IMG/VR virus record: IMGVR_UViG_3300020469_002640 | Location: 24,500 to 88,499 of that record | From: a virus | Length of the DNA stretch: 64,000 nt | Reading direction: 5' to 3' (one strand) | Shown here: piece by piece, positions 27,654 to 38,730 of the stretch | Layout: each line of letters opens with the position of its first letter | Numbering within the stretch: the stretch's first letter is position 1 | The notes under the pieces: generated by a model | Told to the model about the DNA's origin: nothing | What the model saw: only the letters and a program-made list of their open reading frames with translations | Databases searched by the model: none | Program-made: the position numbers and the translations under genes

Positions 27654-30600
27654 TTATCTAATGTTAGAATTATTAACTGTGATAATTATACCATTTACAG
27701 TTATTACCGATTCTGTTTCTGAAGTTGCTTCTGCATCTCTTGGACCTACAGGTAATTGACATTGTCTACAATAATTTTGCACAAAGTTAATAAATTTTCC
27801 TATATAATTTTTATTAGTTGATTTTTTAGGAGGTTCTTCACATAATTTCCATCCTGAATAATTATTTGGAGCATATGTGAAATACGGTAGTTCATCATTT
27901 GGCACCCCTACATAACTACCATTTGAAGGTGCATATATTTTTATATATGAAGAAGTTATATAAGACAAGCTTAGAGTAGTTGGTAAATACGTTAAAGTAT
28001 AATACGCTCCAATTGTATCATCTTCACTATACCTAAATTTATATGTATCTCCTATATAATATTTTCTAGACACACCACCTATAGCAGGAATACCATATGA
28101 TAAATCTCCTATAATTTCTTTTTCATCAGCTTTTTGTGAGCAAGATTTTAAAGCATCAAGAGCTGGAGTAGATTCGTCTGCACAATTATATACACAATCT
28201 AATCCTTTTTTACTCATAAGATATTCTATCAATATAAGTTTCCAAGCATCTTTTGTAGTACAATCGCTTTTTCCAGTTAAAACATTTACATATGCAGTAG
28301 TACCTGCAGTCCCAATACATCTTCTAATAATATCAAGTTGCTGCTCAGTCCTAGAAGGCATACAAAATGCAGGAGTATACAAACTTTCTATGTATCCATA
28401 CTTACATGGACTACACGGAATGCCGCCTGCTCCGTTTTGTTCGTTTGGATCAGTACAAGGTAATCCTGCATTAGGATCATAATTATTTGCTTCAGGATCC
28501 ATACATCCATAATCTACGCAAAGAGCTTGATTACAAAAACTAGTTCCACTAGAAGGATTAATGCTAGAATCATATGTTGCTGAAGCAGGATCACAACACC
28601 CACATGAACCACTTCGTCCTGCTGGATCTCGTCTTCCATTTGCCATTCTTTCTCCTCCTCCAAACTGAGCAGTTAAAGAAAGAGTAGTAGGAGACGTTGG
28701 AGAATCTGAAGCAGAAACAGTTATATATGATATTTCACTTGCAGTCAGTTGTGATTTACCTATATTTCCTGCATTACAAAAACACAAATTCTGAGTATAT
28801 TCATTATCTAGTGAATTAACTATTCCTGGAAATATATGGAAAGAAAAAGTTCCTGCATTTATATTATCTAAAGTAAAAGTTGTTCCTGATTGAGTTTGAA
28901 CAGCTAAAACAGTTACTCCATTAGCAACTCCTAAATCTGTAATAAAGCTTCCAGGATTAATTAAAGTACTTACTAAAGTATTAGGATTAACTCCAGAAAG
29001 TTGTAAAAAATCATTGCCTTCTGTGCCTGGACTAGCTGCAAAAGTATTTCCAGTTCCTGTTATAGCAAAAGATACAGGTCCAGAATAAGTACTATTTGAA
29101 ATTACTATTGTTCCAGAAAATGTATCAGTCCCTACACATGTTACTGGAGGCACAATTTGTGTAAATTGCCAATTTTCAAAATCGTCACACTCACCATCAG
29201 CAACTTCGTATACACAAGTTTCATTATCAGTATTAGCATCTGAGTTATAATTACACGCTTGATTATCAGTACAACCTAATATTACAAGAGTTTGACAAGA
29301 ACCATCATCCGTAGTTGCTAAAGGATTATATTCTGTATAGTCTGGATCAGTACAACCTGAAGTATGAGGAGTAACACATGCAGATGCAATAGATCCCCAT
29401 GGAAGTGCTTCAATGTTGTTATTCCAATCAGCTGCAAACTCAGCAGCTACTACACTGTATTCTTGATAATTAGAGTTAATACATCCACAAGGGCTTCCCC
29501 ATTCTCCTGCTTCAGGAGCATACCATTGACCGTTTGAATCAATTTGAGGACTGCCATTTACGTATCCATGACAAGATCCATCATCAGTTTGTGCTGAAGG
29601 ATTATAATTACATGCAGCTGGGTCAGTACATCCAGGAACTAACAAATCTTCTAAACCTTCACACTCTTGACATAGCGTCTCACCTGTAAGAATATCCTGA
29701 AGACTTCCAGCTTCAAGAACTTCATTTACACTAAAGACTTCAGGCCCGTTTGGTAAAAAGTCAATAGTTGCTTGACCGATAACGTCACCATTGTATTCAA
29801 AAATAAATTTTATACGAGCTGATTGAAATCCAACTTGTATATATATTGATTCTGGAGTAGTTCCAAAACTTACTAATTCTTCAAAATTATAAGTTTGAGT
29901 TCCATCAATAGTAAAATTATCTACTGTACCATTAGTACCTTGAGTTGTAGCATTAGCAGTTATTTCAGTAATTTGTTGTTGATTATTTTGATCAATTGTA
30001 ACTACTTCAGCCTGGTAATCCGCAGATGATACTACTAAACCAGCAGGCACTCCTTCAAGACCATAATATTGATATGCAATTTCATTTAATAAATGTATTT
30101 GCATTATATTGTTATTAATACCTGCATATGCCGTCCCAATAAAACCACCAACAGCTAAAGGGTTGTTAGGAGATAGCCCTGCATTTAATGTAAAATGAGG
30201 ATAGCCTTCAAATACACATGGATCCATACCATCTAAATTTTGGTATGCTATCATTGTAGTAAATAAGTTATCTGCAATTTCTTGTATATCGGCATCTTGA
30301 ATATCTGGATAAGTACAACTTTGATAGGATTCAGGATCAAATATTAACCCAGAATTAACATATTGTGCTCCAATATAATTAGTAGCATTAGGATCAGTAC
30401 ATCCTACTCCACGTACTTCTGCTGTTAAAAATATATGACAGTCTTCAAGATTATGTACTGTATTGCTATCAGAATAACTAATTTTATACAAATATTTTCC
30501 TATACCTAAATTAGAAAGAAGACCTCCACTTAACTCCGATGCTGTATTGTCTAGAAATGTATGAGTTGAAGGAGTTGCTTCATTATATCCTATTGCCCAT

Positions 30601-32354
30601 ACATTTGTACCAGATGCAAAACTTACTCCTTGATTTGAAAAAGTTTGCCAAGTTGCACCATCAGTATAAAGAGTTTTTCTTTCAACTTTATATTCTCCAC
30701 CTGAGCCATCTATATCTGGAGATACTGAAGAGTTTCCTAAATCAAATGTATATTGATGCTCTGGAATTTCTATGTCGTTTATAAAAATCTTTAAACTTAA
30801 CGCTCCATTAGTTCCTGTTATTCCTCCAGCAAAATTTGAAGGAGCTAAAAAGTTACTTTGAGAATTTACTTGTAATCCAAATATACCAGACGGCTGATTA
30901 TATGTAGCTCCTTCAAAACTAACTCCATTAAGAGTCACTGCAAACACTTTATTAGGAATTGTACCTGCATGCGTTAGACTATCAATCATGTTACCACTTT
31001 TATTATCACACCATCTACACACTTTTAGAAAACCAGTTCCTCCAGATTGATAGTTTATCGCAGTACTAACATCACACCTTAAATCTGCTTGAGTTGCTAC
31101 ACTAGGTAAATTAGTTTGATTTATAAGAATAGTAGCACCTACTGCATCTGTTACAGCTAAACCATAAGCACTAGCAACATTATCACTACCACTAAGACCT
31201 GTTACTTTTCTTTGTAAATCTGTTGTGTTATTTACAGTAAAACCTGCACATGTTGCATCATTATGACCACAAGTAAATACTAAATCATAAGGAGATGTTC
31301 CCCCTTCCCATGTATATAAAATTTCTCCTCCATCTGGGTCGTCACGACTTGGCAAGTTTGTAATCCTAGAACCTCCGCTAAAAGAACTTGCAGTTGAATC
31401 AGCATATGTACAACATTTACCTGCTATTAAATTATGAGTTGTAAATCCAGCCTCAGCAGCTGCTGCATCTGCAAAAGTAAACTCTTCATCACAACTTTGA
31501 AATGGGCTAACTTTATAATAATTTGAAGCTGCAGGATCTAAACAAACTTTTAAATCCGGTTTAAGATCGTCTGCTACAAGAGGATCAAATAAATAAATAT
31601 GAGCACTAACAGTTCCAAAACCTATTTTACTACCTATTAAATTTTCTTGTGGTTTTATTGGATCATGTGCTACACTAAGATCGTCAAGACCTATAGATCC
31701 ACGAAGTGTTATAACTTGATCACCTCTTTCAGCCTCAAAATATGCTATATTTGCAGGAACTTCAGTTCCTAGCAAAGCATCACTAGCTGCATATAAAAGT
31801 GTTCGTGATTGATTATAAATAAGATACCTTTCTCTTCCACCTTTACCTTCATAATACAAAACATTTTGATCTTGTAAAGGTTTAGACTGATTATCACTAC
31901 TTACTTCAACTCCATATTTAAAAATTCTAGGGTTTTTAGGATCTTGATAATATTGACTATCAAACCTTAAAGCACTTAAAAATACATTTGGATCTGTAAT
32001 AGGTCGAATTCTTTTTAAAGCTTGTCTAAACGTATAAACATTTAAATCAGAAAAATGAAGTTCTACATTAATAATTTGTTGATAAAGAAGAAATAAATTT
32101 TCTTCATCTTCGTTTTTAAAATATTGAAGCCAATTTCTTAAGTCATATATATGAGTAATAAATGTATCAATACCTGTTACTTTTGACTCTGTAAAATCAG
32201 GATCAACAACTTGATTTAAAAATTCTACTCTAATTCCTGCTAAATAATTATTAGCTTCTATAGGAACAGCTGATTCTGCACGTACTAATAATTGATTGTT
32301 TTGTATTGCAAAATAAAGTCCTCCAAACTTTTGACTATTTTTAATATCAGACAT
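27654..32354 (-). CDS. Large virion structural protein (tail hub/fibre-like) with GCTD Cys repeats
   Basis: 1566 aa with no signal peptide. About 8 GCTDP.A.NY-type repeats are interspersed with beta domains. Confidence 0.65.
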   Translation of the reverse strand: MSDIKNSQKFGGLYFAIQNNQLLVRAESAVPIEANNYLAGIRVEFLNQVVDPDFTESKVTGIDTFITHIYDLRNWLQYFKNEDEENLFLLYQQIINVELHFSDLNVYTFRQALKRIRPITDPNVFLSALRFDSQYYQDPKNPRIFKYGVEVSSDNQSKPLQDQNVLYYEGKGGRERYLIYNQSRTLLYAASDALLGTEVPANIAYFEAERGDQVITLRGSIGLDDLSVAHDPIKPQENLIGSKIGFGTVSAHIYLFDPLVADDLKPDLKVCLDPAASNYYKVSPFQSCDEEFTFADAAAAEAGFTTHNLIAGKCCTYADSTASSFSGGSRITNLPSRDDPDGGEILYTWEGGTSPYDLVFTCGHNDATCAGFTVNNTTDLQRKVTGLSGSDNVASAYGLAVTDAVGATILINQTNLPSVATQADLRCDVSTAINYQSGGTGFLKVCRWCDNKSGNMIDSLTHAGTIPNKVFAVTLNGVSFEGATYNQPSGIFGLQVNSQSNFLAPSNFAGGITGTNGALSLKIFINDIEIPEHQYTFDLGNSSVSPDIDGSGGEYKVERKTLYTDGATWQTFSNQGVSFASGTNVWAIGYNEATPSTHTFLDNTASELSGGLLSNLGIGKYLYKISYSDSNTVHNLEDCHIFLTAEVRGVGCTDPNATNYIGAQYVNSGLIFDPESYQSCTYPDIQDADIQEIADNLFTTMIAYQNLDGMDPCVFEGYPHFTLNAGLSPNNPLAVGGFIGTAYAGINNNIMQIHLLNEIAYQYYGLEGVPAGLVVSSADYQAEVVTIDQNNQQQITEITANATTQGTNGTVDNFTIDGTQTYNFEELVSFGTTPESIYIQVGFQSARIKFIFEYNGDVIGQATIDFLPNGPEVFSVNEVLEAGSLQDILTGETLCQECEGLEDLLVPGCTDPAACNYNPSAQTDDGSCHGYVNGSPQIDSNGQWYAPEAGEWGSPCGCINSNYQEYSVVAAEFAADWNNNIEALPWGSIASACVTPHTSGCTDPDYTEYNPLATTDDGSCQTLVILGCTDNQACNYNSDANTDNETCVYEVADGECDDFENWQFTQIVPPVTCVGTDTFSGTIVISNSTYSGPVSFAITGTGNTFAASPGTEGNDFLQLSGVNPNTLVSTLINPGSFITDLGVANGVTVLAVQTQSGTTFTLDNINAGTFSFHIFPGIVNSLDNEYTQNLCFCNAGNIGKSQLTASEISYITVSASDSPTSPTTLSLTAQFGGGERMANGRRDPAGRSGSCGCCDPASATYDSSINPSSGTSFCNQALCVDYGCMDPEANNYDPNAGLPCTDPNEQNGAGGIPCSPCKYGYIESLYTPAFCMPSRTEQQLDIIRRCIGTAGTTAYVNVLTGKSDCTTKDAWKLILIEYLMSKKGLDCVYNCADESTPALDALKSCSQKADEKEIIGDLSYGIPAIGGVSRKYYIGDTYKFRYSEDDTIGAYYTLTYLPTTLSLSYITSSYIKIYAPSNGSYVGVPNDELPYFTYAPNNYSGWKLCEEPPKKSTNKNYIGKFINFVQNYCRQCQLPVGPRDAEATSETESVITVNGIIITVNNSNIR

Positions 32355-32374
32355 TCTAATTTTAAAATTTTATA

Positions 32375-32977
32375 TTAATAACCTCCAGTTCCTGAAGATA
32401 TAGAATTTGAGCTATTACACCCACATCCTGAAGAACATAATTCTACAGCTTTATCATATTTATTTTGAGCATCTTGAATAGCTGCTTGCGCAGTTACAGC
32501 ATTTGGCCCTTCTTGATTACTTAAACTTTTTAATACAAACTCTGCAGATCTTTTAAAAAGAAACATTTTTTGAGCATCTATCAAGCTTTCATTACATTTG
32601 TCATCAGTACAATCACAATCTACAACTGAATACATTTTATCAGCAATGCAACAATCTATCGTTTTTCCTAACAAAATAGATCCGTATGATTTTACAGGAG
32701 CATTATTTATTGTAGTATTCATTTCAAGCATATATACTCCTTCCCAAGCTAAATTAAAAGATGTAAATTGTGAAAGTGGTATTGAAAGAGTAAATGTTCC
32801 ATTTATGTTAGATGCTCCACTATGATTTGTATTTGTATTATCTATCATTTGAACACCACTAGAAGTGCTTACAGGATTTGGATATACTGTAATATTGTTA
32901 AAAGTCTCACCAATAAGACTGTATTTTACTAATATAACATCAGAATCTGTAGACTCTATAACGCTTAATATAGCCAT
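32375..32977 (-). CDS. Structural protein, putative tail hub
   Basis: 200 aa with Cys-rich helical C-terminus (IDCCIA...CDC...VELC...CGC). Position after the auxiliary capsid genes. Confidence 0.5.
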   Translation of the reverse strand: MAILSVIESTDSDVILVKYSLIGETFNNITVYPNPVSTSSGVQMIDNTNTNHSGASNINGTFTLSIPLSQFTSFNLAWEGVYMLEMNTTINNAPVKSYGSILLGKTIDCCIADKMYSVVDCDCTDDKCNESLIDAQKMFLFKRSAEFVLKSLSNQEGPNAVTAQAAIQDAQNKYDKAVELCSSGCGCNSSNSISSGTGGY

Positions 32978-33002
32978 TTGAAAAAAGTTTTTTAAAAATT
33001 AT

Positions 33003-33039
33003 AAAAAAGCTACTAAGGGGACCAGCCCCTTAGTTGCTT
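33003..33039 (-). terminator. Rho-independent terminator
   Basis: Minus strand AAGCAACTAAGGGG-CTGGT-CCCCTTAGTAGC-TTTTTT. Confidence 0.8.
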
Positions 33040-33058
33040 AGTATGATAAATAATACTA

Positions 33059-33418
33059 TTATAGATCTTCCATAATGTATTCTACGTGTACTACACCAGC
33101 GCTATCGCCATCGTAAACACCTGTAGATAATAGAGAAATCTCTGTGGCAGCAGTGCGTTTTGCTTGTCCTGCAACAGGCTCTATAATATTAAACTCTACA
33201 CTAGATCCTACTGCAAGAGTAGCACTTAAAGCAGTAGATCCTGCAGCAAGTGCTACGTTAGTTCCACTAGCAAATGCAGTAGTTTCTGTTAAATATACTC
33301 TCGTAATTAATGCACCTGCTGGTAGTGTAATTCTATCAGCTGCTGCAGGATAGTTTCCTGCTGAAGTAACTATGCCAGTTGCAAACGATGCAACATGGAC
33401 TCTTCCTAATAATCCCAT
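33059..33418 (-). CDS. Small beta-rich capsid decoration-like protein
   Basis: 119 aa with ITLPAGALITRV...TAF...VHVEY pattern. Confidence 0.55.
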   Translation of the reverse strand: MGLLGRVHVASFATGIVTSAGNYPAAADRITLPAGALITRVYLTETTAFASGTNVALAAGSTALSATLAVGSSVEFNIIEPVAGQAKRTAATEISLLSTGVYDGDSAGVVHVEYIMEDL

Positions 33419-33443
33419 TTTATTTTATTTTAAAAAATTAATA

Positions 33444-34385
33444 TTATAAGTTAATTGGTGCAAATCCTGCAGAACCAATGTAACCATTTAACTGTGATTC
33501 AAATTTAGGCTGACCAGTACCTGCATTAGATAGTGCAATGTTAATCTCAATAAGATTATCTACACCATTAATAGCAGAAGTAGTACTTCCGTCTTTGCTA
33601 GCTACAATTGAATATACATCATAAACAGTTGCTGCTACAGCATAAGAATCAGGATTTTTAGGTAAATTTCTTCGGTCATAAAAACCAAATCCTACACCTT
33701 GTAAATTCTTTTCAAGATCTGCAATTTCATTACCATCACCAGAGCCAAATACAACTGTTGCATCAGGAGTACCTCCAGTAAGTGAAATAGTAGGACCTGC
33801 AATAGTTCCTACACCTACAAGAATAAGTTTAAATGTTGTTGGGCCATATTCCCATACATTACCACTAGCACATACTCCGCCTTTAATTTGTCCGTGAAAT
33901 TGAACTTCACCAGCATCTCCATCAGGAGCAGTTGCTGCTAACCAATCAGGAGCTGCTAAAGCGTATGCTGCTTGAATTAAATCTACAGCTTCTGCGTAAG
34001 TTTTACCTGTAGGTATATTTACTGTAAAATTGAACATCTCAGGAGATGGCCCATCTAATCGTACAAATTTTAATTCTAAATCACCACCTGTAGTAGTATC
34101 ATTGTTAGTAATATCTAATTCTGTTATTTGACCCACTTGAGCTACCCCAGTTTTACCACCTGCTGATATAATGTTACGGCCTTTAATCCAAGGACTATAA
34201 ACATTAGGCTTACCAGAAGCTGTACCTTGTACAAATCGAATAGAATCTGAATCCGCAATACCATCACCAGCACCTAATTCAACTGGTCCGTCTGCGCTTA
34301 ATTTTTGGATATTAACTGCCTTATCTACTTCTTTATTAGCACCAGTAGCGGCTACGTTATTTCCAATTAACAAATGTCTTGCCAT
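33444..34385 (-). CDS. Auxiliary capsid/structural protein (crAss gene 73-like position)
   Basis: 313 aa, G.G.G..IADLEK..QG pattern. Third gene downstream of the MCP. Confidence 0.6.
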   Translation of the reverse strand: MARHLLIGNNVAATGANKEVDKAVNIQKLSADGPVELGAGDGIADSDSIRFVQGTASGKPNVYSPWIKGRNIISAGGKTGVAQVGQITELDITNNDTTTGGDLELKFVRLDGPSPEMFNFTVNIPTGKTYAEAVDLIQAAYALAAPDWLAATAPDGDAGEVQFHGQIKGGVCASGNVWEYGPTTFKLILVGVGTIAGPTISLTGGTPDATVVFGSGDGNEIADLEKNLQGVGFGFYDRRNLPKNPDSYAVAATVYDVYSIVASKDGSTTSAINGVDNLIEINIALSNAGTGQPKFESQLNGYIGSAGFAPINL

Positions 34386-34407
34386 TTTGTTTTAATTTTA
34401 ATTATTA

Positions 34408-36306
34408 TTATTCATTTTTCATAAGCTCACCCATGTAAGACTTATATCGAGGATCACTAATGCCCTCTAAGATGCTGCTAACTGTCATAGCAACGATCTC
34501 TTCATGAGTATGTTGCGGTAAGTCACAGCTTGTATTTGAAGAATAATTTACAAATACAGGTTTTCTTAAATACTTTAATTTTATACTATATGGAAGTATA
34601 GATACTAAATCCATACTTTCTTCTGTTACATTTTTTATTAAAGTGTATACTAATATAGAATTAGAATCAAATACACCTAATATTCTATTATCTGTAGGCT
34701 TATTAAAAGGATCATATAATAAACCTAAAATATCATCATGTTGAATATATTTTATAGGTTTAGATATTCCTGGAAAGTCTTCACCTATTCCTTGTAAAGA
34801 ACTGTACAAAGATTGGCTCATAGTCCAATTATTACTTGCTGCCCATCTTTTATTTCCAGACGGATTAAAAGTAAAATAATCTGCAGCTGTAGATCTACGT
34901 ACGTCTATTTCTCCAGAGTTAAAATTTTCTATATTTGCTAATTGCATAGCATCTTGTACAGACTGTTCTTGTTGATACAGTTCCCAATATTCTGATGCAG
35001 CTAATTCAGTAAGACCTGATGCAGGAAATTCTTCAAAACCATTAGGCCCTGCTACAATTTCTATTTCATTAGGAGCACCTATTAAACCACCATCAGAAGT
35101 ATTTGTAGTTGTAATATTAAATGTTGCATAATATTCTGTATCTAATGGAATACTAATATAACTTGTAAAATCATTTGGATTTTGACTTCCTGTAGTGTCG
35201 CTCAAAATTGCACCTGTAGCTAAATCAACAGATTTTCCTTCAGAAACTAAAGTCTCTGCTAGTTGAGATGCCTGTTCATGTGTTATTAAAAAATTCCAAG
35301 AATCTGGATCTAACTCTACAGTAAATGTACCTTCTTGATATTCTCCATTATAATTTTCATAAAATATATCTACACCAGGATTTACTTCTCCTACTTGTAA
35401 AATACTATCTATAACCTTTTGCTCTCTACTCCAAACTGATGCTTCCATGTCTGGAATTACACTAGTGTAATGTTTATTAATTCTTATATTTGAACTTACT
35501 TGCCAAGTATCTCCATAAGTAGTTGTAAAAGGCGGATTATAATTACTTATAACTCTAAAACCACTATTTATATTAGGATTTGTTTGAAAGTGCATAGAAT
35601 CAGTACCCATTGGTAAATGCGTCCAATAACCATCTACATATCCGTACTGATTAGGAGTTTGATTTGATAGATTAAGATTCCATAAGTTTCTATTAAATAT
35701 TGATTTTCCTCCTATTTCGTTAATAGTAGTAACATTTGCAAAATCAATTTGTCCATTTTCAGTATTTGAAGTTGCTCCTCCTATTATATTTATTGTAGGT
35801 ATCCATCCTCTGAAATAATTTATTTCAGGAGCACCTGGGCGATTTTCTGTAATTTTTAAATCTTGAAGTTGAAACGTAAAAACTACCCTTTGCTCTTTTC
35901 TAGTTTCTAAATTAAATCTAATATCACGTCTACATCCTGGATTTTGTAAAACATTACAATAACTGTTTATATGATATAAATAATTAGTAGGTAAAGTATA
36001 TTTATCTACAAATAAAACATCAAACTGCCCACTAACTGCTGAAGGGTTACTTAAAATTCTACGTTCTTTAAAATGCACATATTCTTCTGAACTAGATACT
36101 AAACTACGTAAATCATCAATACGTTTTTGTGATTGCTCAAATCCTTGTCGGTATAAATTGTTTTTACCGTATTTGAGATTTACAAAACGCATTATAGATT
36201 TGTTAAGTTCTAAATCTATTTCTTGAGATAATAAACTGTCAGCTTGGAGTGAATTAATTTTATCCACTCCTTGCTGTACAGCTATATGCATCTTTTGTAT
36301 ATTCAT
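34408..36306 (-). CDS. Ring/head-tail protein (crAss gene 74-like) with large central insertion
   Basis: N-terminus ...EIDLELNK...GFEQSQKRIDDLRSLV...LPTNYLYHI and C-terminus HDD...L.DPFNKP...KYLRKP...CDLP.HTHEEIV.M.V flank ~390 extra aa. Confidence 0.7.
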   Translation of the reverse strand: MNIQKMHIAVQQGVDKINSLQADSLLSQEIDLELNKSIMRFVNLKYGKNNLYRQGFEQSQKRIDDLRSLVSSSEEYVHFKERRILSNPSAVSGQFDVLFVDKYTLPTNYLYHINSYCNVLQNPGCRRDIRFNLETRKEQRVVFTFQLQDLKITENRPGAPEINYFRGWIPTINIIGGATSNTENGQIDFANVTTINEIGGKSIFNRNLWNLNLSNQTPNQYGYVDGYWTHLPMGTDSMHFQTNPNINSGFRVISNYNPPFTTTYGDTWQVSSNIRINKHYTSVIPDMEASVWSREQKVIDSILQVGEVNPGVDIFYENYNGEYQEGTFTVELDPDSWNFLITHEQASQLAETLVSEGKSVDLATGAILSDTTGSQNPNDFTSYISIPLDTEYYATFNITTTNTSDGGLIGAPNEIEIVAGPNGFEEFPASGLTELAASEYWELYQQEQSVQDAMQLANIENFNSGEIDVRRSTAADYFTFNPSGNKRWAASNNWTMSQSLYSSLQGIGEDFPGISKPIKYIQHDDILGLLYDPFNKPTDNRILGVFDSNSILVYTLIKNVTEESMDLVSILPYSIKLKYLRKPVFVNYSSNTSCDLPQHTHEEIVAMTVSSILEGISDPRYKSYMGELMKNE

Positions 36307-36321
36307 TAATCTATTATTCCA

Positions 36322-37131
36322 TTATACTGCCAACTCTTTAAGTTTTGCTCTAAGAATTGTCAACGTTCCTGAATTCTTTTTATCTTTTAAGAACACCACA
36401 GCGTCATCTAATGTGTCACCAAGTACCTCATCAATAAAGATAATTTGGTTTCCAATTTTACGAAGAACGCTAGCTGTTACCATTTCTTCAATTTCAGCTT
36501 TTACTTCTAAGTTCTTATCTTTTGCAACTTTTAAGAACTTTTTAGTTTTAGAATTTTTGATTTCATATAGAGCATTTTCTACTTGATCATCAGTCATTCT
36601 ATCTGGATTAGTATTAGATAAAAGTCTTAATACTCGTTTCATATTTTTAATATTAGCTGAAAGTTTAATAAACTCTTTGTCAGCATCTTTCTTAAATTGA
36701 ATTTCAGTATTTTTAACTTTATCTTCTCTAGTTAAATCTTGGATATAAAATCTTTTATTAAAATCTTTATCCATTTCATCTTTTGTCAAAGCTACGTGAG
36801 GATGTTTAAGTGCAAATTTGTATTTAAGATAATCTATAATACTAATTGGCGACCCATCTTCATTTACTCCAACTTCTAATTCAACTCCTGTAAATCCTAC
36901 AGCTATTGTCATTTCTGCCCAGAATGTTTTAGAATGTTTTGGCCAATCAACGTGTTCTGGGCTAACATCTAATAATTCTGTCATTAATTCTTTTTCTTCT
37001 TTAGGAGTTACTCCTTTTAAAGGTTGTCTATTTACATAAACACTACTGAGTTTCATTACAGCCTCAGCTCGCACTGCTTTTGGTAAATGATTATTAATTT
37101 CTTTACGTCTTAAGAATATTTTCTTACTCAT
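36322..37131 (-). CDS. Conserved crAss-like protein downstream of MCP (gene 75-like)
   Basis: 269 aa with FW....I.V...G..L and YLKYKFALKHP.VA. Synteny. Confidence 0.65.
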   Translation of the reverse strand: MSKKIFLRRKEINNHLPKAVRAEAVMKLSSVYVNRQPLKGVTPKEEKELMTELLDVSPEHVDWPKHSKTFWAEMTIAVGFTGVELEVGVNEDGSPISIIDYLKYKFALKHPHVALTKDEMDKDFNKRFYIQDLTREDKVKNTEIQFKKDADKEFIKLSANIKNMKRVLRLLSNTNPDRMTDDQVENALYEIKNSKTKKFLKVAKDKNLEVKAEIEEMVTASVLRKIGNQIIFIDEVLGDTLDDAVVFLKDKKNSGTLTILRAKLKELAV

Positions 37132-37196
37132 AATTTAGTACTTTTAAAGTTTTAATTAAGTGGATGTAAAGTATAACTCTCCTATAATTAATTTAG

Positions 37197-37226
37197 TTAA
37201 AGAAGTGGGGGATTGCTCCCCCACAA
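37197..37226 (-). terminator. Terminator hairpin after the major capsid gene
   Basis: Minus strand GTGGGGGA-GCAA-TCCCCCAC followed by TTCTTT. Confidence 0.8.
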
Positions 37227-37269
37227 CCTAACCAAAAACCAATATATGTGAACCGCAACGCATTGCCTG

Positions 37270-38730
37270 TTACGAAGCTGTACAAGTGATGTCAAGCGAA
37301 GTATCAAATCGCTTAAGCGCGATACCTGCTGTTTTCAACATATGTACAGATGCACCATCCACGTCAGATGCTCTAGCCGAAGTAGAGTCAAACCCACGAG
37401 GAACTACAGAACCTGCTACGCACCATCTCATCATCTCACGACCTTTCTTAGAGATCATTTGTAGGTTTGATTGACCATCGTAATTAGATTGATCAACAAA
37501 TACCATACGGTAAGACTCAAGTGAGTAACCTGTTACTGGGTGTTTTGCACGAGCTTGTGCAACAGCACCGTGATCAAATAATGGTAATTTTACCACATTG
37601 ATTACGTGACCATCTACATGCTCATACGAGTTAAAGTATCCAGTTAAACCTAAGTTACGACCAGATCCTGTGATGAAACGATTCTCTCCACCAACTTTCC
37701 AAGCGCCTGCAGCACCTGATACAAAGTGATTTTTAAGAGCTTCATCGAATTCACGAGCACCACCGGTACCAGTGTATAATGTAACTTGTTTAGCAGAAGC
37801 ATCAGTCATTCCGTAGAACAAGTCACCAATAATATTTTTTAATTTAGTCTCAGTCATTGTAGAGTAAGTATCTTTATTGATAACTTGCTGTAATAGACCA
37901 GGACCGATAATTACGGGCTGTCCGTTTTCATCTTTCATGTAAGTGTGTCCACTAGCATCATAAGATTTGTTACCATACCAGTAATACATTTCACACTCTT
38001 CTTTAAAGTCAAGCATGTGTAAATACTCTTCATAATCCATCCATAATTTAGTAGTAGATCCACCTTTAGTTGGTAACGAAAACTCTGCTACAAAATCTTT
38101 AGCATTACCAGACATGTGGTAAGACTTACGAACTGTAGTTAATTTGTTACGAACCATTCCTGGAGTTTCCCAGTTAGATGCATTTCCACGAGAGAAATCA
38201 ACTCCTACTGGCGCATACATAGATGCCCAAAGTGCACCTGCAGCAGCGTCTGCTGTTGGAAGAGTTGCTGATGCTGATGGGTTAACTAGTTGTACTGTGT
38301 ACACCCAGTTGCTTCCACCAGATGCCTGGTAAGGCTCTTGCATAATACGTGCTTGCACCCCAGATTGAGATACTAATACGTATGGAAATACGAAATGTTT
38401 GTCAGGGAAAGTCAACTCAAAAGTTGCTCCACCAATTCCTAAAGATGCTCCTGCATTTGCTATTGCTACTGGACGTGTTCTCAATCGTTGTGTCGCTACG
38501 CGATACTCATACTCCAAACGGTCAATAGACTTAACATTGCCAACACCTTCAGTTAAGAAGGATAGTGGAAATCTCTTGTCATCTTTACCTGATAAGTGAG
38601 TAATGATTGGAGATAGTTCAGCAGGCTTAGATAGCAAAGCATTCGCTAGACTGTTCATGTCAGTCATTTGCGAGTCATTATAAAACGTTTTTTGAACGCT
38701 TACATTTGCTCCTTGATTTAAATTAGCCAT
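37270..38730 (-). CDS. Major capsid protein (crAss-like HK97 fold)
   Basis: 486 aa with RNKLTTVRKSYHMSG, GPGLLQQV, LYTGTGGAREFDEA and LFDHG. Located after the portal and scaffold-like genes, with a strong terminator downstream. Confidence 0.9.
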   Translation of the reverse strand: MANLNQGANVSVQKTFYNDSQMTDMNSLANALLSKPAELSPIITHLSGKDDKRFPLSFLTEGVGNVKSIDRLEYEYRVATQRLRTRPVAIANAGASLGIGGATFELTFPDKHFVFPYVLVSQSGVQARIMQEPYQASGGSNWVYTVQLVNPSASATLPTADAAAGALWASMYAPVGVDFSRGNASNWETPGMVRNKLTTVRKSYHMSGNAKDFVAEFSLPTKGGSTTKLWMDYEEYLHMLDFKEECEMYYWYGNKSYDASGHTYMKDENGQPVIIGPGLLQQVINKDTYSTMTETKLKNIIGDLFYGMTDASAKQVTLYTGTGGAREFDEALKNHFVSGAAGAWKVGGENRFITGSGRNLGLTGYFNSYEHVDGHVINVVKLPLFDHGAVAQARAKHPVTGYSLESYRMVFVDQSNYDGQSNLQMISKKGREMMRWCVAGSVVPRGFDSTSARASDVDGASVHMLKTAGIALKRFDTSLDITCTAS

